Shown in pieces: positions 1-8,720 of a stretch of DNA of 64,000 nt. The notes beneath the pieces are model-generated. The model was given only the letters and a program-made list of their open reading frames with translations. It had not been told where the DNA came from and did no database searches. A program made the position numbers and the translations under genes. The stretch is taken from assembly GCA_964639785.1 (NCBI GenBank), contig CAZXEE010000003.1, positions 21,384 to 85,383 on the forward strand, given 5' to 3'. Positions within the stretch are counted from its first letter, which is position 1; every line of letters starts with the position of its first letter. Source of the stretch: an uncultured Gammaproteobacteria bacterium (GTDB lineage: Bacteria > Patescibacteriota > Patescibacteriia > Patescibacteriales > UBA12465).

Positions 1-646
1 ACTGCTCATCCTCTTTGAAACTCGATAATACTCGGATTAATTCTTGCAAAGTTCTAGCAGGGACAATCACCTTATTATCCGAACTATCAAAATTACTCTT
101 GATTTTCATTTTTTTCTCCGCTAAGCGATAACTATCAGTTCCAGCTAAAACCAAACTATCCTTAGTAAAAGAAAGCAGCACCCCAGATAACTCTAACCTA
201 GTCTCATTGTTAGCCACAGCAAAGATCACCTCACTTAAAGCACTCTTGAATTCATCAACTGAAACAGAATAAAAATTCTCTTTATCAACTTTTGGTATCA
301 AAGGGAAATCTGAAGCTTCTTGAACATGAATCTTGGTTTTATAGTTCTGACATTTGATCTTAATCTCAGAACCATCCTGTTCACATTCCACCCTATCACT
401 AGGTAATAGGTTTATGTAGTCAGTAATAACCTTGGAATCGACCGTGAACTCTCCCTCAACATCAATCTTTCCTCTAACCCTGTGGGTAATGCCAATCTCC
501 AGGTTAGTGGCTACTAACTCGATGTTACTCTTATTAACCTTAAACAAGACATTATTCAAGATAGGTAAGTTTATATTCTTACTAACTACTCGGCTAACGA
601 TCGCCAGTCCTTGTTTTAAGTTTTCTTGGAGGCTGATAAATGTCAT
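1..646 (-). CDS. dnaN: DNA polymerase III beta sliding clamp, N-terminal ~215 codons (3' end lies beyond the window edge)
   Basis: Reverse translation from the ATG at 646 reads MTFISLQENLKQGLAIVSRVVSKNINLPILNNVLFKVNKSNIELVATNLEIGITHRVRGKIDVEGEFTVDSKV... and stays open to position 2. This is a typical DnaN N-terminus in the canonical position downstream of dnaA. It is missing from the ORF track because no stop codon lies in the window. Confidence 0.9.
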   Translation of the reverse strand, partial: MTFISLQENLKQGLAIVSRVVSKNINLPILNNVLFKVNKSNIELVATNLEIGITHRVRGKIDVEGEFTVDSKVITDYINLLPSDRVECEQDGSEIKIKCQNYKTKIHVQEASDFPLIPKVDKENFYSVSVDEFKSALSEVIFAVANNETRLELSGVLLSFTKDSLVLAGTDSYRLAEKKMKIKSNFDSSDNKVIVPARTLQELIRVLSSFKEDEQ

Positions 647-649
647 ACC

Positions 650-911
650 TGTTAATTTATATATAATATATATTATAAGAAATAATAATAGTAATAAGGG
701 GGTTGATAACTTGGCTAAAATTGATTTAACGCTGTTTTTATTGGTCCTTTATCTGATTTCCTTTGTTGATAATGATGGGTAAAAGTGTTGATGAAATTTA
801 ATAATTTGTTTATAACTCCGTTCAGATTTTCTTATCAACTTTTTATTAAATATTATCAACAAGCTAACTTTTATTTTTGGGCGGCTTATCAACAGATAAT
901 CAACAAAGAAA
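650..911. promoter_or_regulatory. Candidate oriC: DnaA-box cluster plus AT-rich tract in the dnaA-dnaN spacer
   Basis: Seven 9-mers lie close to the DnaA-box consensus TTATNCACA. GGTTGATAA 701-709, TGTTGATAA 764-772 and TGTTGATGA 786-794 carry the box on the - strand. TTATCAACT 832-840, TTATCAACA 853-861, TTATCAACA 886-894 and TAATCAACA 897-905 carry it on the + strand. The tract 652-697 has only 2 G in 46 nt. Confidence 0.7.
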
Positions 912-2285
912 TTAGCAAATCGAGCTGTAGAAAAGTTGTTTGATAGAATTTATTTCTTGGTTTAATCTTTCGTTGTTTTGTTTCTGTTCATTAATCTTGT
1001 TGTAAGCGTGCATAGCGGTGGTGTGATCTCTTCCTCCTAGTTCATTGCCGATAGTTGGATAAGAAGTATTTAATTCCTCACGGATTAAATAGACGGCTAT
1101 CTGTCTAGGAACTACTAATTCTTGTCGGCGGCTATTACTTACGATTTCCTTGGCGCTGATATTATAAAACTTAGCGACGATTTCAATAATGTCTTTAGGT
1201 GAAATAGATTTAGAGCGGCTTTCTATGGTTAGGTCGCTTAGGATTTCTTTAACTGACTTGACTGACGGAGCGGCATTATTGAATTCATGATAGGCCACTA
1301 TTTTATTTAAAGCCCCTTCTAATTCCCTGATATTATTTTGAATGTTGTTGGCAACATACAATAATATCTCTCGGTCTAATAGATAGCCTTTCTCAACGGC
1401 TTTCTTTTCCAAGATAGCCATCTTGGTTTCGATATCCGGTTTTCCTACATCAACAACCATGCCAGATTCAAAACGGGAAATGAGACGATTTTCAATAGCA
1501 GGAATGGATTTTGGCGGACGATCCGAAGTCATGACAATCTGCTTATTACCTTGGTGTAATTCGTTGAAGGTGTGGAAGAATTCTTCTTGGGTACCGTCTT
1601 TTCCACCCATGAATTGGACATCATCGACTAAAAGCAAGTCGACATTACGATAGATATTCTTGAAATCTTTACCATGTCCGGTTTTAACGGCCTGAACATA
1701 ATTATTAGTAAAGTTTTCACTGGTGGTATAGAGGATCTTATTAGTGTGATTGGAGAGTTCGTTACCGATAGCTTGTAATAGGTGGGTTTTTCCCAGTCCG
1801 ACTCCTCCATATATAAAGAGAGGATTATAAACTTTGCCTGGGTTGTTAATTACGGCTCGGCAAGCAGCATGAGCTAATTCATTCGCTTTGCCGACGATAA
1901 AGTTTTCGAATAGATATTTAGAGTTTAATCCAAAGCGATTAATGCTTGGGGCTTCAGAGATTTTAACTGGTTGTTCTGTCTCTTCTTTTTTTACTTCTTT
2001 TTTTTCATTGACAGCAGTTTTGATAGTTTCCGGTTTTCTGAATTCAACCTGATAATAAATCTCATTAATTTTTTGTCCGGTGATTTTTTCTAAAGAAGAT
2101 TTAATTATTTTATAGAATTTATTCTCTAACCATTTTTTAACAAATTCGCTGGGAACGCCGATAACTATCTTGTCATTTTCAAACGAAGAGATAAAGGTGT
2201 CTTTGAACCAAGTAATAAAATTAACTCGAGACAGACCTATTTCAATTTCGCCTAGAACGGCTTGCCAAATTTGTTCTTTGTCCAT
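912..2285 (-). CDS. dnaA: Chromosomal replication initiator DnaA
   Basis: Walker A GGVGLGKTHL, a sensor region and the C-terminal DNA-binding helix HTTAMHAYNKI are present. The likely start is MDKEQIWQAVLGEI at 2285. The ORF extends 17 codons further to 2336, but that N-terminus is atypical. Confidence 0.95.
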   Translation of the reverse strand: MDKEQIWQAVLGEIEIGLSRVNFITWFKDTFISSFENDKIVIGVPSEFVKKWLENKFYKIIKSSLEKITGQKINEIYYQVEFRKPETIKTAVNEKKEVKKEETEQPVKISEAPSINRFGLNSKYLFENFIVGKANELAHAACRAVINNPGKVYNPLFIYGGVGLGKTHLLQAIGNELSNHTNKILYTTSENFTNNYVQAVKTGHGKDFKNIYRNVDLLLVDDVQFMGGKDGTQEEFFHTFNELHQGNKQIVMTSDRPPKSIPAIENRLISRFESGMVVDVGKPDIETKMAILEKKAVEKGYLLDREILLYVANNIQNNIRELEGALNKIVAYHEFNNAAPSVKSVKEILSDLTIESRSKSISPKDIIEIVAKFYNISAKEIVSNSRRQELVVPRQIAVYLIREELNTSYPTIGNELGGRDHTTAMHAYNKINEQKQNNERLNQEINSIKQLFYSSIC

Positions 2286-2515
2286 AAAATAAGGTGGCCT
2301 GAAGTAATGGTTTTTTAAACCATTTGCTAGGGGCAAAATTTTTAAATCAATGACTCCATTATATTAGAAAAAAGATATTATAACAAGCCGATAAAAGGCT
2401 TCCGGCTTGTTTATAAATTGTGAATAAGATTGACTGTTTTTATTTATTGACCTTTGTCTTTAAACGTGATAACTTAATTAATACTACCAATTATTAATAT
2501 AATAAGCATAGAAAT

Positions 2516-2656
2516 ATGGCAACCAAAAGAACTTACCAACCGAATGCCAAAAGAGCCAGTAAAAAACATGGTTTTTTAAAGCGCATGCGCACCAAAGACG
2601 GACGAGATGTCTTGAAACGTCGCCGCGATAAGGGTCGTAAAAAATTATCCAAATAA
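2516..2656 (+). CDS. rpmH: 50S ribosomal protein L34 (46 aa, below the ORF-track cutoff)
   Basis: Hand translation gives [46 protein letters not shown] followed by a stop. It holds the canonical rpmH-rnpA position divergent from dnaA. Confidence 0.95.
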   Translation: MATKRTYQPNAKRASKKHGFLKRMRTKDGRDVLKRRRDKGRKKLSK

Positions 2657-2665
2657 TCTAAACCG

Positions 2666-3010
2666 ATGCTTAATAGATTTAATCGTTTAAGCAAGAACAA
2701 AGATTTTGATAAAGTGTTTCAGAAAGGGCGTTCTAGTTATCAGGATATTTTAGGAGCCAAACTGATTCCGAATAATTTAGACTATAATCGTTTTGGTGTT
2801 TTAGTTGGATTAAAAGTAAATAAGAAAGCGGTCATTAGGAATAAGATCAAACGACAGATAAAAACCGCGATTCGCTTGGATGAGCCCTTCCTAAAGAAGG
2901 GCTATGATTGTGTTATAGTAGTTTTTCCTCTAATATTAGCTAAAAATTATAATGAGATCCAAGCTGCTTTAAAAGCTTCTTTCAAGCGGCTAAAATTCTA
3001 TCAAGATTAA
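2666..3010 (+). CDS. rnpA: RNase P protein component
   Basis: The 114-aa basic protein carries a [12 protein letters not shown]...[10 protein letters not shown] signature and sits directly after rpmH. Confidence 0.9.
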   Translation: MLNRFNRLSKNKDFDKVFQKGRSSYQDILGAKLIPNNLDYNRFGVLVGLKVNKKAVIRNKIKRQIKTAIRLDEPFLKKGYDCVIVVFPLILAKNYNEIQAALKASFKRLKFYQD

Positions 3011-3011
3011 T

Positions 3012-3278
3012 ATGTGGAAACTCTTTAAGACTTTTAAATATTATCCGCGTTTGTTAGTTGTTAAGATGATTAAGATTTATCAGAAGACTTTATCTTTTGA
3101 TCATGGTCCGATGAAACACATGTTCCCTTATGGCTTCTGTCGTTTTACTCCGACTTGTTCGGAATATGGCTTACAAGCGATCCAAAAGTATGGAGTTATT
3201 AAAGGGGGCTTTATGGCTATGAATAGAATCTTGCGTTGTAATCCCTGGAATAAGGGCGGTTATGATCCTTTAAAATAA
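3012..3278 (+). CDS. yidD: Membrane protein insertion efficiency factor YidD
   Basis: The motif [37 protein letters not shown] is present. The gene lies between rnpA and yidC. Confidence 0.85.
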   Translation: MWKLFKTFKYYPRLLVVKMIKIYQKTLSFDHGPMKHMFPYGFCRFTPTCSEYGLQAIQKYGVIKGGFMAMNRILRCNPWNKGGYDPLK

Positions 3279-3299
3279 TTTATTAATTTAATTACTTAT

Positions 3300-4061
3300 A
3301 TGTCTCACATCTTTCAAACCTTATTTTACCAACCGATTTTAAACTTGCTTATCTTCCTTTATAATACCGTTTCCTTTCAAGACCTGGGAATAGCTATTAT
3401 CTTATTGACGGTAGTGATTAAAGCTATCTTGTGGCCTTTGTCTCAAAAATCTATCAAGGCTCAGAAGTCTTTACAAGATTTGCAGCCCAAGATAAATGAG
3501 ATTAAGGAAAAATACAAAAATGACAAGCAGCAGCAGGGTCAGGCTATGATCCAACTCTATAAAGATCATAAGATTAATCCTTTCTCTTCGTGTTTTCCTT
3601 TGTTGATCCAATTGCCATTCTTGTGGGCTGTCTTCCAGGTGTTTAGAGATGGTTTGAATAATAAACTAAGCTTAGTCTATCCTTTCATTAATAAACCAGA
3701 GGCGATTAATACCTTTGCCTTTGGCTTTCTGGATCTATCAAAACCTAATATTTATTTAGCTATCTTGGCTGGTTTAGCTCAATTCTGGCAGGCTAAGATG
3801 ATGATGGCTAAGAAGGCAGCAATTAAGAGTGAGGGCTCAAAAGATGAGGAAATGGCCGCTATCATGAATAAACAGATGCTTTATTTTATGCCAGCCTTAA
3901 CCGTATTCATTGGTTGGACTCTTCCTGGCGGATTAACTATGTATTGGTTTGTGGTTACTTTATTGACTGCCGTTCAGCAATTGATTGTTTTCAAAAAGCA
4001 CAATAAGGAGCAGGAGCAATCTGGAGTTAAGAAGGTGGTTGATGGTGAGATTGTTAAATAG
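3300..4061 (+). CDS. yidC: YidC/Oxa1-family membrane insertase (short form)
   Basis: The protein is polytopic, with PLSQKSIKAQKSLQDLQPKINEIKEKYKND and a C-terminal GGLTMYWFV motif. It follows the rnpA-yidD-yidC synteny. Confidence 0.85.
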   Translation: MSHIFQTLFYQPILNLLIFLYNTVSFQDLGIAIILLTVVIKAILWPLSQKSIKAQKSLQDLQPKINEIKEKYKNDKQQQGQAMIQLYKDHKINPFSSCFPLLIQLPFLWAVFQVFRDGLNNKLSLVYPFINKPEAINTFAFGFLDLSKPNIYLAILAGLAQFWQAKMMMAKKAAIKSEGSKDEEMAAIMNKQMLYFMPALTVFIGWTLPGGLTMYWFVVTLLTAVQQLIVFKKHNKEQEQSGVKKVVDGEIVK

Positions 4062-4090
4062 AAATCATTAGTCAATTTTGAATAAAAAAT

Positions 4091-4120
4091 AAGAGCAGGG
4101 AAATTCCCTGCTCTTATTTT
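4091..4120. terminator. Bidirectional intrinsic terminator between the convergent yidC and rubrerythrin genes
   Basis: A 10-bp stem (AAGAGCAGGG 4091-4100 / CCCTGCTCTT 4106-4115) has loop AAATT. An A-run precedes it and a T-run follows. Confidence 0.7.
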
Positions 4121-4137
4121 ATTGTATTGATTGTCTG

Positions 4138-4701
4138 TTAGATCCTAACTTGGTAATAGGATTGAGGATGACTGCATGACGGGCATTCCTGTGGAGCTTC
4201 TGGACCGAAATGAATATAACCGCATTCTCGGCAGACCCACCAAATACTTTCATTCTTTTTGAATACCGTTCCTTCTTCTAGGGTCTTTAATAAGGCTTCA
4301 AATCTTTCCTTGTGGTTGTTCTCAGCTACGGCAATGGCAGCTAAGCGTTTTCCTAAAGCTTCATAGCCTTCTTCAATTGCCTTTTTAGAGAAGCTAGGGT
4401 ACATTTCTTTAGTTTCGTAGGTTTCTCCGGCAATAGCGGCTTTTAAGTTTTCAATGGTTGTTTTATAAACAGTTGGAGCTGAAGCCTCAACTTTTATCTC
4501 TTCATCATTCTCTTTTAATTCCTGAATGTGTTCGAATAATCTTTTGGCGTGGACCTTTTCTTGCTCAGCGGTTAGGAGAAATATCTCTGCTATTTGTTCA
4601 TAACCTTCTTTTTGAGCCACCTTAGCATAGAAGGTGTAACGATTTCTGGCCTGGCATTCGCCAATATAGGCCTTGGTAATGTTTGATAGGGTTTCTTTCA
4701 T
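4138..4701 (-). CDS. rbr: Rubrerythrin (diiron ferritin-like domain plus C-terminal rubredoxin-like CxxC...CxxC)
   Basis: The motifs YIGECQARNRYTFYA, EEKVHAKRL and WVCRECGYIHFGPEAPQECPSCSHP are present. The likely start is MKETLSN at 4701; the ORF reaches 4731. Confidence 0.85.
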   Translation of the reverse strand: MKETLSNITKAYIGECQARNRYTFYAKVAQKEGYEQIAEIFLLTAEQEKVHAKRLFEHIQELKENDEEIKVEASAPTVYKTTIENLKAAIAGETYETKEMYPSFSKKAIEEGYEALGKRLAAIAVAENNHKERFEALLKTLEEGTVFKKNESIWWVCRECGYIHFGPEAPQECPSCSHPQSYYQVRI

Positions 4702-4737
4702 AGATTTTAAAAAATGTTCTGCGTAGAACATTTTATA

Positions 4738-5466
4738 TTAATTTATATTAAATTCTCTATTTTTTCCTACAATTAAGTTGATTTTTTGATCGCTTAGGCC
4801 GATATTTACAGGAGTATCTAGTTCTACGGATTCGTCTATTATTAATTTTTCTTCTCGGTCATTCTCTAAAGCCATCTTCTGGATTGATAATAGGCTGTAT
4901 TTTTTGCCACTGCTTATAAATAGATTCAATTTTCCGTCTTGAGGATCGATTAAAATGTTCTGCGAGGAACATTGTTTGGTTGGAAGGTTAATAATATTGA
5001 TTTCGCCATTTTCTGATTGGTCAATTGAAAAGTCTTGGATCTTTATAGTGGTTCCTTTGGATTTAATTTTGGCGTTAGAAATAAAATGAAGAGTATTGGC
5101 TTGAGCAATATCTATTTTTTCAATTCGACGAGCTAAAATAATCTCACAGGCCTCCTTTTCATTTCTGATTCCGCAGGTTTGAGCAATAGAATTATTGTCT
5201 CCGATTGGTATAATACCAAAAGCCACGCGATTATTATCGCCACTCATTATGCCATTTAATACTTTATTAACTGTTCTATTGTTTCCAACTGCAATTATTG
5301 TCTTGGCGCCATTATTAATTTCATCTTTAATTAAGTCGTTTATATTCCTAATAGACTCTAAATAGACAATTTTGCCATTAAGATTAAGTTTGTGTAGTAT
5401 TATTTCTATGTTGTTGACGGTTTTGGTATGTTTTTTTAAAAAATCGTCATAAATAAAAACATTCAT
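4738..5466 (-). CDS. Diacylglycerol/lipid-kinase-fold protein (YegS/DgkB-like) with a degenerate nucleotide-binding motif
   Basis: The layout matches the DAGK catalytic domain (IIAVGNNRTVNKVLNG ... FGIIPIGDNNS). The canonical GGDGT motif is replaced by GNNRT. Confidence 0.5.
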   Translation of the reverse strand: MNVFIYDDFLKKHTKTVNNIEIILHKLNLNGKIVYLESIRNINDLIKDEINNGAKTIIAVGNNRTVNKVLNGIMSGDNNRVAFGIIPIGDNNSIAQTCGIRNEKEACEIILARRIEKIDIAQANTLHFISNAKIKSKGTTIKIQDFSIDQSENGEINIINLPTKQCSSQNILIDPQDGKLNLFISSGKKYSLLSIQKMALENDREEKLIIDESVELDTPVNIGLSDQKINLIVGKNREFNIN

Positions 5467-5495
5467 AGGGAGGATGGTAAAAAAAGATATGATTT

Positions 5496-5888
5496 TTATT
5501 GTTCGTCTTTTTCTTCTACGGCTTTTTCAGCTGGAGAGTATTTTCCCATTTGACATTTTCCATTAATTATTGCGCCGGTGTCAATAGAAATTCGGCTACA
5601 TTCAATATCACCATTGATTTTAGCGGTTTCTCCGATGGCTAAATAATCCTTAACCAATAAATTACCGGAAATTTCACCGTTAATAACGATTTCTTGGGCT
5701 TCAACGCTGCCATTAATCTTGGCCTTAGTTCCAATGAAGACATTTCCTTTGGTTTTAAGGGATCCTTCTAACATGCCATCGATAACGATGTTTCCGTTTC
5801 CATTAAAATTACCCTTTACTTTAATGGATTCTCCAATAATTGTTTCCACATCTTTGAAGCTTTCCGGCTTAAGGTCTTTTTTAAACAT
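5496..5888 (-). CDS. Bactofilin (polymer-forming cytoskeletal protein)
   Basis: Repetitive beta-helix signatures are present: IKVKGNFNGNGNIVIDGMLEGSLKTKGNVFIGTKAKINGSVEAQEIVINGEISGNL. Confidence 0.8.
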   Translation of the reverse strand: MFKKDLKPESFKDVETIIGESIKVKGNFNGNGNIVIDGMLEGSLKTKGNVFIGTKAKINGSVEAQEIVINGEISGNLLVKDYLAIGETAKINGDIECSRISIDTGAIINGKCQMGKYSPAEKAVEEKDEQ

Positions 5889-6022
5889 AGGTGTAGTGTT
5901 TGCCCCTCTTGGTAGTTTGGCAAAGCTTTAATTTTTTATTTAATACTTAATATAATTTTAGGTTAATTTAGCCGATTTGTCAAAAAAGAAAAAATGTATA
6001 ATAATAAGAATACGTCTTTTTG

Positions 6023-6094
6023 GCCCCCGTAGTTTAATGGATAAAACAAGGATCTCCTAAGTCCTAGATCTACGTTCGATTCGTAGTGGGGGCA
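6023..6094 (+). tRNA. tRNA-Arg (anticodon CCT)
   Basis: The cloverleaf has acceptor GCCCCCG/TGGGGGC, anticodon stem AGGAT/GTCCT with loop CTCCTAA, and T-arm CTACG-TTCGATT-CGTAG. No CCA is encoded. Confidence 0.9.
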
Positions 6095-6105
6095 CATCAA
6101 TTTGT

Positions 6106-6134
6106 TTGTAAATTTTTTAAATTTACTCTATAAT
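6106..6134 (+). promoter_or_regulatory. Sigma70-like promoter (TTGTAA -17- TATAAT)
   Basis: The -35 TTGTAA lies at 6106-6111 and the -10 TATAAT at 6129-6134, with an exact 17-nt spacer. It sits 26 nt upstream of the small ORF at 6160. Confidence 0.5.
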
Positions 6135-6159
6135 AAAGTTATATAATAAATTAAAAAAT

Positions 6160-6318
6160 ATGAAAGCAAACAAAAGTAAATTATTGATCGCAGTCGACAA
6201 AAATTTTATGACAATTTTTGCCAGTTTTATTTTCGGCTTTTTATTGTCGTTTTTTATTTGTTGGAACACTATCATTTATATCATCACCTTATTTGAAAGA
6301 GTTAATGGTTTGATGTAA
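6160..6318 (+). CDS. Putative 52-aa hydrophobic peptide
   Basis: Hand translation gives MKANKSKLLIAVDKNFMTIFASFIFGFLLSFFICWNTIIYIITLFERVNGLM. It has one predicted TM helix and a consensus promoter upstream. No homology could be assessed. Confidence 0.35.
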   Translation: MKANKSKLLIAVDKNFMTIFASFIFGFLLSFFICWNTIIYIITLFERVNGLM

Positions 6319-6370
6319 AAAAATATTTTATTTTAATTTTTTTTGGTTAAGCAATTTTTTTTGCGTTATC

Positions 6371-6399
6371 TTGATTATTAATATAAAATAGTTTAGAAT
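6371..6399 (+). promoter_or_regulatory. Promoter for tRNA-Ala (TTGATT -17- TAGAAT)
   Basis: The -35 lies at 6371-6376 and the -10 at 6394-6399. The tRNA starts 17 nt after the -10 element. Confidence 0.55.
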
Positions 6400-6415
6400 A
6401 CTGGATTGAAGGTAG

Positions 6416-6492
6416 GGGCCATTAGCTCAGTTGGCTAGAGCGCTTCCATGGCATGGAAGAGGTCAAGGGTTCAAGTCCCTTATGGTCCACCA
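6416..6492 (+). tRNA. tRNA-Ala (anticodon GGC), CCA encoded
   Basis: The acceptor GGGCCAT/ATGGTCC carries the G3:U70 alanine identity pair. The anticodon stem is CTTCC/GGAAG with loop ATGGCAT, and the T-arm is AAGGG-TTCAAGT-CCCTT. It ends in ACCA. Confidence 0.9.
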
Positions 6493-6503
6493 GATGATCA
6501 TAG

Positions 6504-6530
6504 AGCCGGCCTTAGTCCGGCTTTAATATT
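6504..6530 (+). terminator. Hairpin after tRNA-Ala
   Basis: The stem AGCCGG 6504-6509 / CCGGCT 6517-6522 is followed by TTTAATATTTT. The T-tract is interrupted, so confidence is moderate. Confidence 0.45.
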
Positions 6531-6575
6531 TTAAAAGCGCTATTATTTTGAGTATTTTCCAAATCGTTTCGTGGT

Positions 6576-6661
6576 AGTGGATAAGTCTAGAAAATTGTGG
6601 ACTATTATAAATATTTTGGCTAATATTAAATAATATTTTTTTGTGGATAAGGTGTTGATAA
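6576..6661. promoter_or_regulatory. Second cluster of four co-oriented DnaA-box-like 9-mers
   Basis: The four boxes are AGTGGATAA 6576-6584, TGTGGACTA 6596-6604, TGTGGATAA 6642-6650 (a perfect complement of TTATCCACA) and TGTTGATAA 6653-6661. They lie just upstream of the infB promoter. Confidence 0.55.
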
Positions 6662-6685
6662 AAGCCTAAAAATCTCTACTTTTTA

Positions 6686-6714
6686 TTGACTAATGTTTTA
6701 AAATCCCTTACTAT
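6686..6714 (+). promoter_or_regulatory. Promoter for infB (TTGACT -17- TACTAT)
   Basis: The -35 lies at 6686-6691 and the -10 at 6709-6714, 24 nt upstream of the infB ATG. Confidence 0.5.
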
Positions 6715-6737
6715 TTTAATAAAATTAATTATCTATT

Positions 6738-8717
6738 ATGAATATCACTGAATTAGCTCGCGTCCTTCGGATTAATCCGCAAGAATTAAAAGATCTGTTG
6801 CCACAGCTCGGTTTTAATATTGGTCAGAAAGCTATTAAGGTGGATAATCATACCGCTCGTAAAATTATTAAAGAGTGGCCATTATTAATGCGCCAGTTAG
6901 AGGCTAAGAGAGCGGCTGAAAATAAAGAAAAAGAGGCGGCAGCGATTAATGTAGAGATTGTTAAGAAAGAAATTAACATTCCTTCTTCAATCACTGTCCG
7001 TGATTTTGCTTCTCAGTCTGAATTACCAATCAGCAAGGTTCTGGGTGAGTTAATGAAAAATGGAATTTTTGTTTCCATGAACGAAAAGATCGATTTTGAT
7101 ACCGCCTCTATTATTGGGGCTGACTTGAACTTAGAAGTTAAGTTAATGGCTGAGAAAGATGAGGTTTCTGGCATTAAGGACGAAAAGCGCTTAGATCAGA
7201 TATTAGAGAAAGAAAATAAGAAGGAAATGTTGGAACGCTCTCCGGTGATTGTTGTTATGGGTCATGTTGATCATGGCAAGACTAAATTATTGGATGCTAT
7301 CCGGACAACTAATGTAGTAGCTGGTGAAGCTGGCGGCATAACCCAGCATATCGGTGCTTATCAGGTTAAGCGTAATAATCAACTAATTACTTTTATTGAT
7401 ACTCCGGGCCATGAAGCTTTTACTGCTATGCGTAGCCGTGGTGCCAAGGTGGCCGATATCGCTATTTTGGTGGTCGCTGCCGATGATGGCGTTAAACCTC
7501 AAACCGTGGAAGCTTTTCGTATTATTGAAGCGGCTAAAATCCCTTACATCGTAGCCATTAATAAGATTGATAAGCCGGAAGCGGATATTAACAGAACTAA
7601 ACAAGAATTATCTAATCAATTGAATATTAATCCGGAAGATTGGGGTGGAAAAGCTATTTGCGTGCCTGTTTCTGCTAAGGAGGGTAAGGGTATTGAAGAG
7701 CTTTTGGATATGTTATTGTTAGTAGCTGAGACCGAGTCTGATAATTTGAAAGCTAATCCAGCTTCTAATGCAGCCGGAACAGTTATTGAGGCTAAAGTTG
7801 ATAAGAGTGCCGGACCAGTAGCCACTATTTTGGTTCAGAATGGAACTTTGAAGATTGGAGACCAATTATGTTTCAATAATATCGTTTATGGCAAGGTTAA
7901 AGCCTTAAAGAATTATAAGGGAGAAACTATTGAATCTGGCGGACCTTCTACTCCAGTTAGGATTTTAGGTTTGAAGATTTTGCCGGAAGTAGGCGATATG
8001 TTGGAGGTCGGTGATGGCGAGAAGATGCGCATCAAGAAGATTGCTTCAGTCAACTTAGCTATTAACAAAGCGGTTACCGCCAAAGAAGATGCTGATGAAC
8101 AGATAGCTAAGCTAAATCTGATTATTAAGAGTGATGTTTTAGGCTCAGCCGAAGCTATTGAAGAATCATTAATGAAACTGAATAATAATAAAGTCCGCGT
8201 TAAGATCTTACACAAGGGATTAGGCAATATCAGTGAAGGTGATATTAAACGAGCCGAGGATGGCAATGCTCAAGTGCTTGGATTCAATGTTAAGATTCAA
8301 CCGCAAACCGAGGCTTTATTAAGAGAAAAAACAGTTAAAGTTAGCCTTTATTCTATTATTTATGACCTTATTAAAGATATTAAAGCCCAGATGCAAGAAT
8401 TGGTTAAAGCTGATTTAATCAGAAAAGATTTAGGTCGTTTGAAAGTTCTGGCAATCTTTAGGACTGAAAATAATTTTCAGATTTTGGGTGGAAAAGTGCT
8501 TGATGGCCAAATTGAAAACGATACCTTGGTTGAAGTCTTGCGAGACAAGGCTGTTATTGATAATGGTAAGCTGGTCAGGCTGCAGTCCGGAAAACAGAAT
8601 GTTAAAGTTGTTGAAAAGGATCAAGAATGCGGTTTGCAATATGAAGGCCACCCAGTTGTACAAGTCGGCGATGTCTTGAATGTTTATACTGAAGAAGAAG
8701 TTATAAATAAGATTTAA
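6738..8717 (+). CDS. infB: Translation initiation factor IF-2
   Basis: The G-domain motifs [13 protein letters not shown] and NKID are present, with the characteristic C-terminal domains. The protein is 659 aa. Confidence 0.95.
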   Translation: MNITELARVLRINPQELKDLLPQLGFNIGQKAIKVDNHTARKIIKEWPLLMRQLEAKRAAENKEKEAAAINVEIVKKEINIPSSITVRDFASQSELPISKVLGELMKNGIFVSMNEKIDFDTASIIGADLNLEVKLMAEKDEVSGIKDEKRLDQILEKENKKEMLERSPVIVVMGHVDHGKTKLLDAIRTTNVVAGEAGGITQHIGAYQVKRNNQLITFIDTPGHEAFTAMRSRGAKVADIAILVVAADDGVKPQTVEAFRIIEAAKIPYIVAINKIDKPEADINRTKQELSNQLNINPEDWGGKAICVPVSAKEGKGIEELLDMLLLVAETESDNLKANPASNAAGTVIEAKVDKSAGPVATILVQNGTLKIGDQLCFNNIVYGKVKALKNYKGETIESGGPSTPVRILGLKILPEVGDMLEVGDGEKMRIKKIASVNLAINKAVTAKEDADEQIAKLNLIIKSDVLGSAEAIEESLMKLNNNKVRVKILHKGLGNISEGDIKRAEDGNAQVLGFNVKIQPQTEALLREKTVKVSLYSIIYDLIKDIKAQMQELVKADLIRKDLGRLKVLAIFRTENNFQILGGKVLDGQIENDTLVEVLRDKAVIDNGKLVRLQSGKQNVKVVEKDQECGLQYEGHPVVQVGDVLNVYTEEEVINKI

Positions 8718-8720
8718 AAT

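Noticed and set aside
432..782. A 116-aa + strand ORF spans the dnaN start and the AT-rich origin tract.
   Set aside because: It lies antisense to a well-supported dnaN N-terminus and then runs into low-complexity AT-rich DNA containing DnaA boxes. The product is low-complexity and Leu/Ile/Asn-rich, which is typical of a chance ORF.
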